The notes beneath the pieces are model-generated. The model was given only the letters and a program-made list of their open reading frames with translations, was not told where the DNA came from and ran no database searches. The position numbers and the translations under genes were made by a program. From NCBI GenBank assembly GCA_964016885.1, contig OZ024741.1, positions 9,982,001-10,046,000 on the forward strand: a DNA stretch of 64,000 nt, written 5' to 3'. This document shows positions 1-17,205 of the stretch, in pieces; the first letter of the stretch is position 1, and the number at the start of each line of letters is the position of its first letter. Origin of the DNA: Eledone cirrhosa (taxonomy: Eukaryota).

Positions 1-3000
1 CCACTGCAACCACCAAAACTATCACCACCACTACCACTACAATCACCAACAATATCATCACCACTACCACTACAACCACCAACACTATCATCACCATTAC
101 CACTACAACCACCAAAACTATCACCAGCACTACCACTACTACCACCAACACTATCACCAACACTACCACTACTACCACCAACACTATCACCACCATTACC
201 ACTACAACCACCAACACTACCACTACTACCACCAACACAACCACTACTACCACCAACACTATCACTACCACTACCACTACTACCACCAACACTATCACCC
301 CCATTACCAGTACTACCACCAACACTATCACCACCATTACCACTACAACCACCAACACTATCACCAACACTACCACTACTACCACCAACACTATCACCAC
401 CATTACCACTACAACCACCTACACTATCACCAACACTACCACTACTACCACCAACATTATCACCACCATTACCACTACAACCAACAACACGATCACCACT
501 ATTACCACTACTACCACCAACACTATCACCAACACTACCACTACAACCAACAACACGATCACCAGCATTACCACTACTACAACCAACACTATCACCAACA
601 CTACCAATACTACCACCAACACTATCACCACCATTACCACTACAACCACCAACACTATCACCAACACTGCCACTACTACCATCAACATTATCACTACCAC
701 TACCACTACAACCACCAACACTATCACCACCATTACCACTACAACCCCCAACACTATCACCACCACTACCACTACTACCACCAACACTATCACCAACACT
801 AACACTACTACCACCAACACTATCACCACCATTACCACTACAACCACCAACACTATCACCAACACTACCACTACTACCACCAACACTATCACCACCATTA
901 CCACTACAACCACCAACACTATCACCAACACTACCACTACTACCACCAACACTATCACTACCACTACCACTACTACCACCAACACTATCACCACCATTAC
1001 CACTACTACCACCAACACTATCACCTCCATTACCACTACAACCACCAACATTATCACCCCTATTACCACTACAACCACCAAAACTATCACCAACACGACC
1101 ACTACAACCACCAACACTATCACCTCCATTACTTCTACAACCACCAACACTATTACCAACACTACCACTACGACCACAAACACTATCACCACCATTACCA
1201 CTGCAACCACCAAAACTATCACGACCACTACCACTACAATCACCAACAATATCATCACCACTACCACTACAACCACCAACACTATCATCACCATTACCAC
1301 TAATACCACCAACACTATCACCACCGTTACCAATACAACCACCAACACTATCACCACCATTACCACTACTACCACCAATACTATCATCACCACTACCACT
1401 ACAACCACCAACACTATCATTACCACTACCACTACAACCACCAACACTATCATCACCATTACCACTACTACCACCAACACTATCACCACCATTACCACTA
1501 CAACCACCAACACTATCACCACCATTACAGCTACAACCAACAACACAATCACCTCCATTACCATTACTACCACCAACACTATCACCACCATTACCACTGC
1601 AACCACCAAAACTATCACGACCACTACAATCACCAACAATATCATCACCACTACCACTACAACCACCAACACTATCATCACCATTACCACTACTACCACC
1701 AACACTATCACCACCATTACCAATACAACCACCAACACTATCACCACCATTACCACTACAACCACCAACACTATCATCAACACTACCACTACAACCACCA
1801 ACACTATCATCACCACTACCACTACAACCACCAACACTATCATCACCATTACCACTACTACCACCAACACTATCATCACCATTACCACTACTACCACCAA
1901 CACTATCACCACCATTACCACTACAACCACCAACACTATCACCACCATTACCACTACAACCACCAACACTATCACCATCATTACCACTACAGCCACCGAA
2001 ACTATCACCACCACTACCACTACTACCACCAACACTATCACCACCATTACCACTACAACCAACAACACTATCACCAACACTACCACTACTACCACCAACA
2101 CTACCACTACTACCACCAACACTATCACCTCCATTACCACTACAACCAACAACACTATCACCACCACTACCACTACTACCACCAACACTATCACCACCAT
2201 TACCACTACTACCACCAACACTATCATCACCATTACCACTACTACCACCAACACTATCATCACCATTACCACTACTACCACCAACACTATCACCTCCATT
2301 ACCACTACAACCACCAACACTATCACCAACACTACCACTACTACCACCAACACTATCACCTCCATTACCACTACAACACCCAACACTATCACCAACACTA
2401 CCACTACTACCACCAACACTATCACCACCATTACCACTACAACCAACAACACCATCACCACCACTACCACTACAACCACCAACACTATCACCACCATTAC
2501 CACTACAACCACCAACACTCTCACCACCACTACAACTACTACCACCAACACTATCACCACCACTACCACTACAACCACCAATAATATCACCACCATTACC
2601 ACTACTACCACCAACACTATCACCACCATTACCACTACAACCACCAACACTATCACCAACACTACCACTACTACCCCCAACACTATCACTACAACTACCA
2701 CTACTACCACCAACACTATCACCACCATTACCACTACTACCACCAACACTATCACCTCCATTACCACTACAACCACCAACATTATCACCACCATTACTAC
2801 TACAACCACCAAAACTATCACCAACACGACCACTACTACCACCAACACTATCACCACCATTACCACTACTACCACCAACACTATCACCTCCATTACCACT
2901 ACAACCACAAACACAATCACCTCCATTACCACTACAACCATCAACACTATCACCAACACTACCACTACTACCACCAACACTATCACCACCATTACCACTA

Positions 3001-6000
3001 CTACCAACAACACTATCACCTCCATTACCACTACAACCACCAACACTATCACCAGCACTACCACTACGACCACCAACACTATCACCACCATTACCACTGC
3101 AACCACCAAAACTATCACGACCACTACCACTACAATCACCAACAAAATCATCACCACTACCACTACAACCACCAACACTATCATCACCATTACCACTACT
3201 ACCACCAACACTATCACCACCATTACCAATACAACCACCAACACTATCACCTCCATTACCAATACAACCACCAAAACTATCACCAACACTACCACCAACA
3301 CTATCTCTACCACTACCACTACAACCACCAACACTATCACCACCATTACCACTACAACCACCAACACTATCACCTCCATTACCACTACAACCACCAACAC
3401 TATCACCTCCATTACCACTACAACCACCAACACTATTACCAACACTACCACTACGACCACCAACACCATCACCACCATTACCACTGCAACCACCAAAACT
3501 ATCACGACCACTACCACTACAATCACCAACAACATCATCACCACTACCACTACAACCACCAACACTATCATCACCATTACCACTACTACCACCAACACTA
3601 TCACCACCATTACCAATACAACCACCAACACTATCACCACCATTACCACTACAACCACCAACACTATCATCACCACTACCACTACAACCACCAACACTAT
3701 CATCACCATTACCACTACAACCACCAACACTATCACCACCATTACCACTACAACCACCAACATTATCACCAACGTTACCACTACAACCACCAACACTATC
3801 ATCACCACTACCACTACAACCACCAACACTATCATCACCATTACCACTACAACCACCAACACTATCACCACCATTACCACTACAACCAACAACACAATCA
3901 CCTCCATTACCACTACTACCACCAACACTATCACCACCATTACCACTACAACCACCAACACTATCACCACCATTACCACTACAACCACCAACACTATCAC
4001 CACCATTACCACTACAGCCACCAACACTATCACCACCACTACCACTTCTACAACCAACACTATCACCACCATTACCACTACAACCAACAACACTATCACC
4101 AACACTACCACTACTACCACCAACACTATCACCTCCATTACCACTACAACCAACAACACTATCACGACCACTACCACTACTACCACCAACACTATCACCA
4201 CCATTACCACTACTACCACCGACACTATCACCACCATTACCACTACAACCACCAACACTACCACTACTACCACCAACACTATCACCTCCATTACCACTAC
4301 AACAACCAACACTATCATCACCATTACCACTACAACCTCCAACACTATCACCACCAACACTATCACTACCACTACCAGTACAACCACCAACACTAACCCA
4401 ATCATTACCACTACAACCACCAACACTATCAGCACCATTACCACTACAACCACCAACACTCTCACCACCATTACCACAACTACCACCAACACTATCACCA
4501 CCATTACCACAACTACCACCTAACACTATCACCACCATTACCTCTACAACCACATACACTATCACCACCACTACCACTACAACCAACAACACTATCACCA
4601 ACATTACCACTACTATCACCAGCATTACCACTACAATCACCAACACTATCACCACCACTACCACTACAATCACCAAAACTATCACCATCATTACCACTAC
4701 TACCACCAACACTATCACCACAATTAACACTACAACCACCAACACTATCAGCACCACTATTACTACAACCACCAACATTATCACCACCATTACCACTACA
4801 ACCACCACTACCACTACAACCACCAACACTATCACCAACATTACCACTACAACCACCAACACTATCACCACCATTACCACTACAACCACCAACACTATCA
4901 CCACCATTACCACTGCAATCACCAACACTATCACCACCACTACCACTGCAACCACCGACACTATCACCACCACTACCACTACTACCAACAACACTAGCAC
5001 CACCACTACCACTACTACCACCAACAATATCACCACCATTACCACTACAACCACCAACTCTATCACCACCACTACCACTACAACCACCAACACTATCACC
5101 ACCATTATCACTGCAACCACAAGCACTATCACCACCACTACCACTACAACCACCAACACTATCACCACCACTACCTCTATTACCACCAACATTATCACCA
5201 CCATTACCACTGCAACCACCAGCACTATCACCACCACTACCACTACAACCACCAACACGATCACCACCATTACCACTGCAATCACCAACACTCTCACCAC
5301 CACTACCACTACAACCACCAAAACTATCACCAACACTACCACTACTACCACCAACACTATCACCACCATTACCACTACAACCACCAACACAATCACCACC
5401 ACTACCACTACTACCACCAACACTATCACCTCCATTACCACTACAACCACCAACACTATCACCAACACTACCACTACTTCCACCAACACTATCACCACCA
5501 TTACCACTACAACCACCAACACTATCACCTCCGCTACCACTACTACCACCAACACTATCACCGCCATTACCACTATAACCCCCAACACTATCACCAACAC
5601 TACCACTACTACCACCAACACTATCACCACCATTACCACTACAACCAACAACACCATCACCACCACTACCACTACAACCACCAACACTATCACCACCATT
5701 ACCATTACAACCACCAACACTCTCACCACCACTACAACTACTACCACCAACACTATCACCACCATTACCACTACAACCACCAACACTATCACTACCACTA
5801 CCACTACAACCACCATCACTCTCACCATCACTACCACTACTACCACAAACACTATCACTACAACTACCACTACAACCACCATCACTATCACCACCATTAC
5901 CACTACAACCACCAACACTATCATCACCATTACCACTACAACCTCCAACACTATCACCACCAACACTATCACTACCACTACCAGTACAACACCAACACTA

Positions 6001-9000
6001 ACCCAATCATTACCACTACAACCACCAACACTATCAGCACCATTACCACTACAACCACCAACACTATCACCACCATTACCACAACTACCACCAACACTAT
6101 CACCACCATTACCACAACTACCACATAACACTATCACCACCATTACCTCTACAACCACATACACTATCACCACCACTACCACTACAACCAACAACACTAT
6201 CACCAACATTACCACTACTAACACCAGCATTACCACTACAATCACCAACACTATCACCACCACTACCACTACAATCACCAAAACTATCACTATCATTACC
6301 ACTACTACCACCAACACTATCACCACAATTAACACTACAACCACCAACACTATCACCACCACTATTACTACAACCACCAACATTATCACCACCATTACCA
6401 CTACAACCACCACTACCACTACAACCACCAACACTATCACCAACATTACCACTACAACCACCACCACTATCACCACCATTACCACTACAACCACCAACAC
6501 TATCACCACCATTACCACTGCAATCACCAACACTATCACCACCACTACCACTGCAACCACCGACACTATCACCACCACTACCACTACTACCAACAACACT
6601 ATCACCACCACTACCACTACTACCACCAACAATATCACCACCATTACCACTACAACCACCAACTCTATCACCACCACTACCACTACAACCACCAACACTA
6701 TCACCACCATTATCACTGCAACCACAAGCACTATCACCACCACTACCACTACAACCACCAACACTATCACCACCACTACCTCTACTACCACCAACATTAT
6801 CACCACCATTACCACTGCAACCACCAGCACTATCACCACCACTACCAGTACAACCACCATCACGATCACCACCATTACCACTGCAATCACCAACACTCTC
6901 ACCACCACTACCACTACAACCACCAACACTATCACCAACACTACCACTACTACCACCAACACTATCACTACCATTACCACTACAACCACCAACACTATCA
7001 CCACCACTACCACTACTACCACCAACACTATCACCTCCATTACCACTACAACCACCAACACTATCACCAACACTACCACTACTTCCACCAACACTATCAC
7101 GACCATTACCACTACAACCACCAACACTATCACCTCCACTACCACTTCTACCACCAACACTATCACCTCCATTACCACTATAACCCCCAACACTATCACC
7201 AACACTACCACTACTACCACCAACACTATCACCACCATTACCACTACAACCAACAACACCATCACCACCACTACCACTACGACCACCAACACTATCACCA
7301 CCATTACCATTACAACCACCAACTCTCTCACCACCACTACAACTACTACCACCAACACTATCACCACCACTACCACTACAACCACCAACAATATCACCAC
7401 CATTACCACTACTACCACCAACACTATCACCAACACTACCACTACAACCACCAACACTATCCCCACCATTACCACTACAACGACCAACACTCTCACCACC
7501 ACTACCACTACTACCACCAACACTATCACCAACACTACCACTACAACCACCAACACTATCACCACCATTACCACTACAACCACCAACACTATCACTACCA
7601 CTACCACTAAAACCACCAACACTCTCACCACCACTACCACTACTACCACCATCACTATCACTACAACTACCACTACAACCACCATCACTATCACCACCAT
7701 TACCACTACAACCACCAACACTATCATCACCATTACCACTACAACCTCCAACACTATCACCACCAACACTATCACTACCACTACCAGTACAACCACCAAC
7801 ACTAACACGATCATTACCACTACAACCACCAACACTATCACCACCATTACCACTACAACCACCAACACTATCACCACCATTACCACAACTACCACCAACA
7901 CTATCACCACCATTACCTCTACAACCACATACACTATCACCACCACTACCACTACAATCACCAAAACTATCACCATCATTACCACTACTACCACCAACAC
8001 TATCACCACAATTAACACTACAACCACCAACACTATCACCACCACTATTACTACAACCACCAACACTATCACCACCATTACCACTACAACCACCAACACT
8101 ATCACCACCATTACCACTACTACCACCAACACTATCATCACCATTACCACTGCAACCACCAACACTATCACCACAACTACCACTGCAACCAACGACACTA
8201 TCACCACCACTACCACTACTACCAACAACACAATCACCACCATTACCACTACTACCACCAACAATATCACCACCATTACCACTACAACCACCAACTCTAT
8301 CACCACCACTACCACTACAACCACCAATAATATCACCACCATTATCACTGCAACCACAAGCACTATCACCACCACTACCACTACAACCACCAACACTATC
8401 ACCCCCATTACCACTACAACCACCAGCACTATCACCACCACTACCACTACAACCACCAACACGATCACCACCATTACCACTGCAACCACCAACACTCTCA
8501 CCACCACTAGCACTACAACCACCAACACGATCACCACCATTACCACTGCAAACACCAACACTCTCACCACCATTACCACTACAACCACAAACACTATCAC
8601 CACCATTACCGCTACTTTCACCAACACTATCACCACCATTACCACTACAACAACCAACACTATCACCACCATTACCACTGCAACCACCAACACTATCACC
8701 ACCACTACCACTGCAACCACCGACACTATCACCACCACTAACACTACTACCAACAACACTATCACCACCACTACCACTACAACCACCAACACTCTCACCA
8801 CCATTACCACTACAACGACCAACACTCTCACCACCACTACCACTACTACCACCAACACTATCACCAACACTACCACTACAACCACCAACACTATCACCAC
8901 CATTACCACTACAACCACCAACACTATCACCACCATTACCACTACAACCACCAACACTCTCACCACCACTACCACTACTACCACCAACACTATCACCAAC

Positions 9001-12000
9001 ACTACCACTACAACCACCAAGACAATCACCAGCATTACCACTACAACCACCAACACTCTCACCACCACTACCACTACTACCACCAACACTATCACCACCA
9101 TTACCACTACAACCAACGACATTATCACCACCATTACCACTACAACCACCAACACTATCACCAACACTACCACTACTACCACCAACACTAACACCACCAT
9201 TACCACTACTACCACCAACACTATCACCACCATTACCACTACAACCAACAACATTATCACCACCATTACCACTACAACCAACAACACTATCACCAACACT
9301 ACCACTACTACCACCAACACTATCACCACCATTACCACTACTACCACCAACACTATCACCGCCACTACAACTACTACCACCAACACTATCACTACCACTA
9401 CCACTACAACCACCAACACTATCACCATCATTACCACTACAAACACCAAAACTATCACGTCCATTACCACTACAACCACCAACACTATCACCACCATTAC
9501 CACTACCACCACCAATACTCTCACCAACACTACCACTAAAACCACCAACACTATCACCACCATTACCACTACAACCACCAACACCCTCACCACCATTACC
9601 ACTACTAGCAACAACACTATCACCACCATTACCACTACCACCACCAATACTCTCGCCACCACTACCACTACTACCAACAACACTATCACCGCCACTACCA
9701 CTACAACCACCAACACTCTCACAACCACTACCACTACAAACACCAACACTATCACTACCATTACCACTACAACCACCAACACTATCACCACCATTACCAC
9801 TACCACCACCAACACTCTCACCACCATTACCACTACAACCACGAACAATATCACCACCAATACCACTACAACCAGCAGCACTATCACCACCACTACCACT
9901 ACAACCACCAACACTATCACTACCACTTCCAATACAACCACCAACACTATCACCACCACTACCACTACTACCAACAACACTATCACCACCACTACCACTT
10001 CTACCACCAACAATATCACCACCATTACCACTACAACCACCAACTCTATCACCAACACTACCACTACAACCACCAACACTATCACCACCATTACCACTAC
10101 AACGACCAACACTCTCACCATCACTACCACTACTACCACCAACACTACCACTACGACCACCAACACTATCACCACCATTACCACTAAAACCACCAACACT
10201 ATCACCACCATTACCGCTACAACCACCAACACTCTCACCACCCCTACCACTACTACCACCAACACTATCACCACCATTACCACTACAACCAACAACATTA
10301 TCACCACCATTACCACTACCACCACCAATACTCTCACCACCACTACCACTACAACCACCAACACTATCACCACCATTACCACTACAACCACCAACACTCT
10401 CACCACCATTACCACTACTACCAACAACACTATCACCACCACTACCACTACAACCACCAACACTATCACCACCACTACCACTACAACCACCAACACTATC
10501 ACCAACATTACCACTACTACCACCAACACTATCACCTACATTACCACTACAACCATCAACACTATCACCAACACTACCACTACTACCACCAACACTATCA
10601 CCACCATTACCAATACTACCACGAACACTATCACCAACACTACCACTACTACCACCAACACTATCACCACCATTACCACTACTACCACCAACATTATCAC
10701 CGCCACTACAACTACTACCACCAACACTATCACTACCACTACCACTACAACCACCAACGCTATCGCCACCATTACCACTACAAACACCAACACTATCACC
10801 TCCATTACCACTACAACCACCAACACTATCACCACCATTACCACTACCACCACCAATACTCTCACCACCACTACCACTACAACCACCAACACTATCACCA
10901 CCATTACCACTACAACCACCAACACTCTCACCACCATTACCACTACTACCAACAACACTATCACCACCATTACCACTACAACCACCAACACTCTCACCAC
11001 CACTACCACTACAACCACCAACACTATCACCACCATTGCCACTACAACCACCAACACTATCACCACCATTACCACTACAACCACAAACACTATCACCACC
11101 ACTACCACTACAACCACAAACACTATCACCAACACTACCACTACTACCACCAACACTATCACCACCATTACCACTACTACCACCAACATTATCACCGCCA
11201 CTACAACTACTACCACCAACACTATCACTACCACTACCACTACAACCACCAACACTATCACCACCATTACCACTACAAACACCAACACTATCACCTCCAT
11301 TACCGCTACAACCACCAACACTATCACCACCATTACCACTACCACCACCAATACTCTCACCACCACTACCACTACAACCACCAACACTATCACCACCATT
11401 ACCACTACAACCACCAACACTATCACCACCATTACCACTACAACCACCAACATTATCACCACCATTACCACTACAACCACCAAAACTATCACCACCATTG
11501 CCACTACAACCACCAACACTATCACCACCATTACCACTACATCCACAAACACGATCACCACCATTACCACTACAACCACCAGCACTATCACCACCATTAC
11601 CACTACAACCACAAACACTATCACCACCATTACCACTACAACCACCAACACTATCACCACCATTACCACTACAACCACCAACACTATCACAACCACTACC
11701 ACTACAACCACCAACACTATCACCACCATTGCCACTACAACCACCAACACTATCACTACCACTACCACTACAACCACCAACATTATCACCACCATTACCA
11801 CTACAACCACAAACACTATCACCTCCATTACCACTACAACCACCAACACTATCACCACCATTACCACTACAACCACAAACACTATCACCACCATTACCAC
11901 TACAACCACCAACACTATCACCACCATTACCACTACAACCACCAACACTATCACCACTACTACCACTACAACCACCAACTCTATCACCACCATTGCCACT

Positions 12001-12545
12001 ACAACCACCAACACTATCACCACCACTACCACTACAACCACCAACACTATCACCACCATTACCACTACAACCACCAACACTATCACCACCATTACCAATA
12101 CAATCACCAACATTATCACCACCATTACCACTACAACCACCAACACTATCACCACCATTACCACTACAACCACCAACATTACGACTACAACAACCAACAC
12201 TATCACCACCATTACCTCTACAACCACCAACACGATCACCACTATTACCACAACTACCACCAACACTATCACCACCATTACCACTACAACCACCAACAGG
12301 ATCACCACCATTACCATAACTACCACCAACATTATCACCACCACTACCACTATCACCACCATTACCACTACAACCACCAACACTATCACCACCATTACCA
12401 CTACAACCAACAACATTATCACCACCATTACCACTACAACCACCAACACTATCACAACCATTACCACTACAACCACCAACACTATCACCAACATTACCAC
12501 TACAACCACCAACACTATCACCACCACTACCACTACAACCACCAG
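1..12545. repeat. 33-bp minisatellite (consensus ACCACCAACACTATCACCACCATTACCACTACA; reads TTNTITTITTT), runs off the left edge
   Basis: The unit is directly visible, and the 11-aa period (MVVIVLVVVVV) appears in the minus-strand ORFs. 1-bp indels at ~4521, ~5990 and ~6126 break the Thr frame. Confidence 0.95.
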
Positions 12546-12592
12546 CATGCTAAAATAGAACATAAGGGTAAACTAGAGAACATAGAAATTAA

Positions 12593-13195
12593 TTGGTTGT
12601 GTGTGTTTATATTCGTTTATTTATTTGTTTATTTACATGTTACTGGTTGGTTGTTTGTTCTATGCTTGTGTGTGTTTTCATTTTGTCCTTAATTGTAAGT
12701 GGTGATTTGCTGTTCCACTCATGTTTTCTATTTAATTTTGGTTGGAGTTCATTTATGTTTATTGTCTCTGTGATTTGTCTAAACATTGCGTCTTTTCTGT
12801 GTGTAGATTCTATTTTTATTTCTGTTCTGCAATTTACCCTTGTGTTCTATTTTAGCATGTTGGTGTAGTACAGATGATTCTTTACTATCTTGAAGGTCTC
12901 GCCAGTGTTCATTTATCCGTTCTCCTATACTACGAGCTGTCCCACCTATGTACACTATATTTTTATCTCTACATTGTCCTTCAGTACATCTTATGCTATA
13001 TACTACATTTCTAGTGTTACAGTTAATATGGGGGCTTAATTTACAGGTTATACATTTCCTATCTATACAGGGAGGTCTTTGAAAAGAGTATGCTTGCTAA
13101 TAAATGTTTTTATGGAGGTACCTGGTCTTTCTACTATCTTAATATTGAGTTTATTTTTATCTAGGGCCCTTCTAAATTTGTAAGCTAATTCACCT
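12593..13195 (-). mobile_element. Penelope-like element 3' fragment (GIY-YIG endonuclease), degenerate
   Basis: Manual minus-strand translation gives CITCKLSPHINCNTRNVVYSIRC..NIVYIGGTARSIGERINEH..SVLHQHAKIEH..MFRQITE..PKLNRKHEW. This is homologous to ORF 15792..16223. Confidence 0.85.
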
Positions 13196-13491
13196 GTATA
13201 ATAAATTGAAGTGAAAGCAACTGGTGCGTGTGTCTCTTATTGGCAACATGACCCTCCCAAAATATAACAATATACATATATATATATATATATACACACG
13301 CATATTTATACATACCATGCCATACCTATATACAGAGAAACATGATTCTATACGCCATACCAACCCACACATGATTTTTGACACAACACCTGCACATCTA
13401 CCATTCTATATACCAAAATATCTTCATATAAATACATATATATATTTGTTTATACGTATATATATATATATGAATATATATATATACATAC

Positions 13492-14896
<1,405 letters not shown>

Positions 14897-14897
<1 letters not shown>

Positions 14898-16760
14898 CTA
14901 CAGGATCTACGCCCCATAATCAAGATGTCCCCAGATGTATGTGACAGTACAGAGGACCTCCTCAGCAGAATCAGTGAGTGCAACAAAAAACAAAAACCTA
15001 TCCAACTGCATAATATACAGTATGGACGTGGTATACCCATCTACTGTACCCATCCATTAACATTGATTTTGCTGTGGAAAAATGTGTGGAGATGATCATT
15101 GAGAGTGAGGTGGAGTTCTGCGACGTCGACACAGACGAACTGGACCTCCTACTTAGACTTACCTATGACACCGACTACCTAGACAACCATGACCTTAGAC
15201 GTTTCTGCCCCAGTAGACCCATAAGAGGTAGACCGCCCCCCCCCCCTCATATAACCTCAATGGCAAAAAAGACTCCCATGGGAAGGTGGATTGGGTGGAC
15301 CAAAGCCATACGGACACCCCAAAACAATGTCCAGGTAAGAAAAATGGTCGCACATGCAATAGGGACTAGTATTAAAATTACCCTAAAGGGCCAAATTTTC
15401 AAATTCAACGAGAAGATCTACACCCAAAATGAGGGAGCAGCCATTGGCGTCAGCATAGCTGGTGACGTTGCCAACCTTTTTATGGTATGGTGGGAAAGGA
15501 GACTCAAAGATCTCCTTGATGAGAGCTCCATAGACCTCATCATGTACTCTCGTTACGTAGACGATGTTAATATAGTAATAAGGACATCCCCACAGGAGAG
15601 TACTAAAAAGTATGATTTAGAATGTAGCATAATGGAAAGCATCCAGCAGATAGCAAATTCCAAAACAGCTAATTCCAAAGACACATCCAACACTTCATCA
15701 ACCGCATGCAGTTCTCTGGCTACACCAAAGAGACAGAATCAGAGTATACGAAGGAGCCACGGAGAAGTATAAGACCCTCATAGAACTGGACATGAAAGGA
15801 ATTTGCCCATTATACAGGAGCAAATCATGGAATAGCTTAGATAGGACTAAACATAAGATAGGGAAAGCCACCTCATGGTACGACAACCAGAGATACCAGA
15901 ATGTCATGTTCGTGGACGCTACCCCTGGAGGGAAATTAGCTAACCAGTGTAGAAAGGCCCTAAGAAAGACCCACTTACAGATTAAGGTGGTAGAAAAGCC
16001 AGGAACCACCATAAAATCCCTGATCAGCAAAACATACCCTTTTAAGAAAACCCACTATACTAATAGGAAATGTATCATATGTAAAGTAAACCCCCGGATA
16101 AACTGTAAAACTAGAAACGTAGTCTATAGCATAAGATGTACAGAGAGCAGAGGGTACTTTCATAAACATGACAACAACATACATACATACATACATACAT
16201 ACACTGGGGGGGGGGGGCGCTAAAAGAACGAAAAACGGTTCAGTACTATACGAACACGCCAGACAACAACACGACGGTAACATAGACAACAGAAATTAGA
16301 ATAATATCTAAACATAGAAATGACCCAGCAGATAGGCAAATCAGAGAGGCCAGCCAAATAGAAATTAGAAGGCCAAGGCTAAACAGAAAAAATGAATGGA
16401 ATAACAACAACACCCAAACAAACAACACTGACCTAAGAGAAATATAAATAAATAAATAAATATATACACAAGCACAATAACAACAAAAACATATAAACAC
16501 ACACTAGTAAACTAAGATAGAATACAATAACCAAAACACAGTCACCCAAACGCGAACACACATCAAACACTATACACACACGCAAACGCATGCGCAGAGA
16601 AGAAAACAAAAGTAAATAAATAAACAGATTCAATAAAGATGGCGTAGACATACAATACAACAGCAGGAAACATAATACCACCACTGACGATGTTGCAGAT
16701 GTGCAACGAAAGAAATTTGTTAGACTATATATATGTGTTTGTGTCTATATTGTATCTGTA
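14897..16760 (+). mobile_element. Penelope-like element, 5' truncated and internally deleted (RT + GIY-YIG remnants)
   Basis: RT motifs GAAIGVSIAGDVANLFM and RYVDD. The linker/EN reads CIICKVNPRINCKTRNVVYSIRC, with C-terminal SVLYEHARQQH..RQIREASQI..PRLNRKNEW at ~16240-16400. A partial hammerhead core CTGACGA-hairpin-GAAA lies at ~16684-16711. Confidence 0.85.
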
Positions 16761-16911
16761 TTTTTGACCGTTGGTCAGTCAATGGTAACATTGAGGACCG
16801 AATAAATTAACTGATATAAGAGATACAGAAGCAAAAACCAACCAAACAGTGAGTGTGTTCTGTTATTAATTCTGGCAATATTATTACAACAATATGACCC
16901 TCCCCAAGTAT

Positions 16912-16949
<38 letters not shown>

Positions 16950-17205
16950 CGAAGGAAATGTGGTAAGGAACCAGGTGGACCATAACGCACCAAAGTACTC
17001 AATACTTAGGGTCCTATATATATATATATTTCACTTTCCTCAAGACATCTGATAGCAATAGTTGATATCAGTCAGTGCAAGTAGTATAGTTCAGTCATTT
17101 ACGAATGTATGTATATATGTATGTCTCTATGTATGTGTGTATGTATGTATGTATGTATGTATGTATGTATGTATGTATGTATGTATGTATGTATGTATGT
17201 ATGTA

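Noticed and set aside
419-12563. Poly-Val ORFs (419-4519, 10536-12563) and the Pro/Leu ORF (11036-12319) as genes
   Set aside because: They are alternative-frame readings of the 33-bp repeat.
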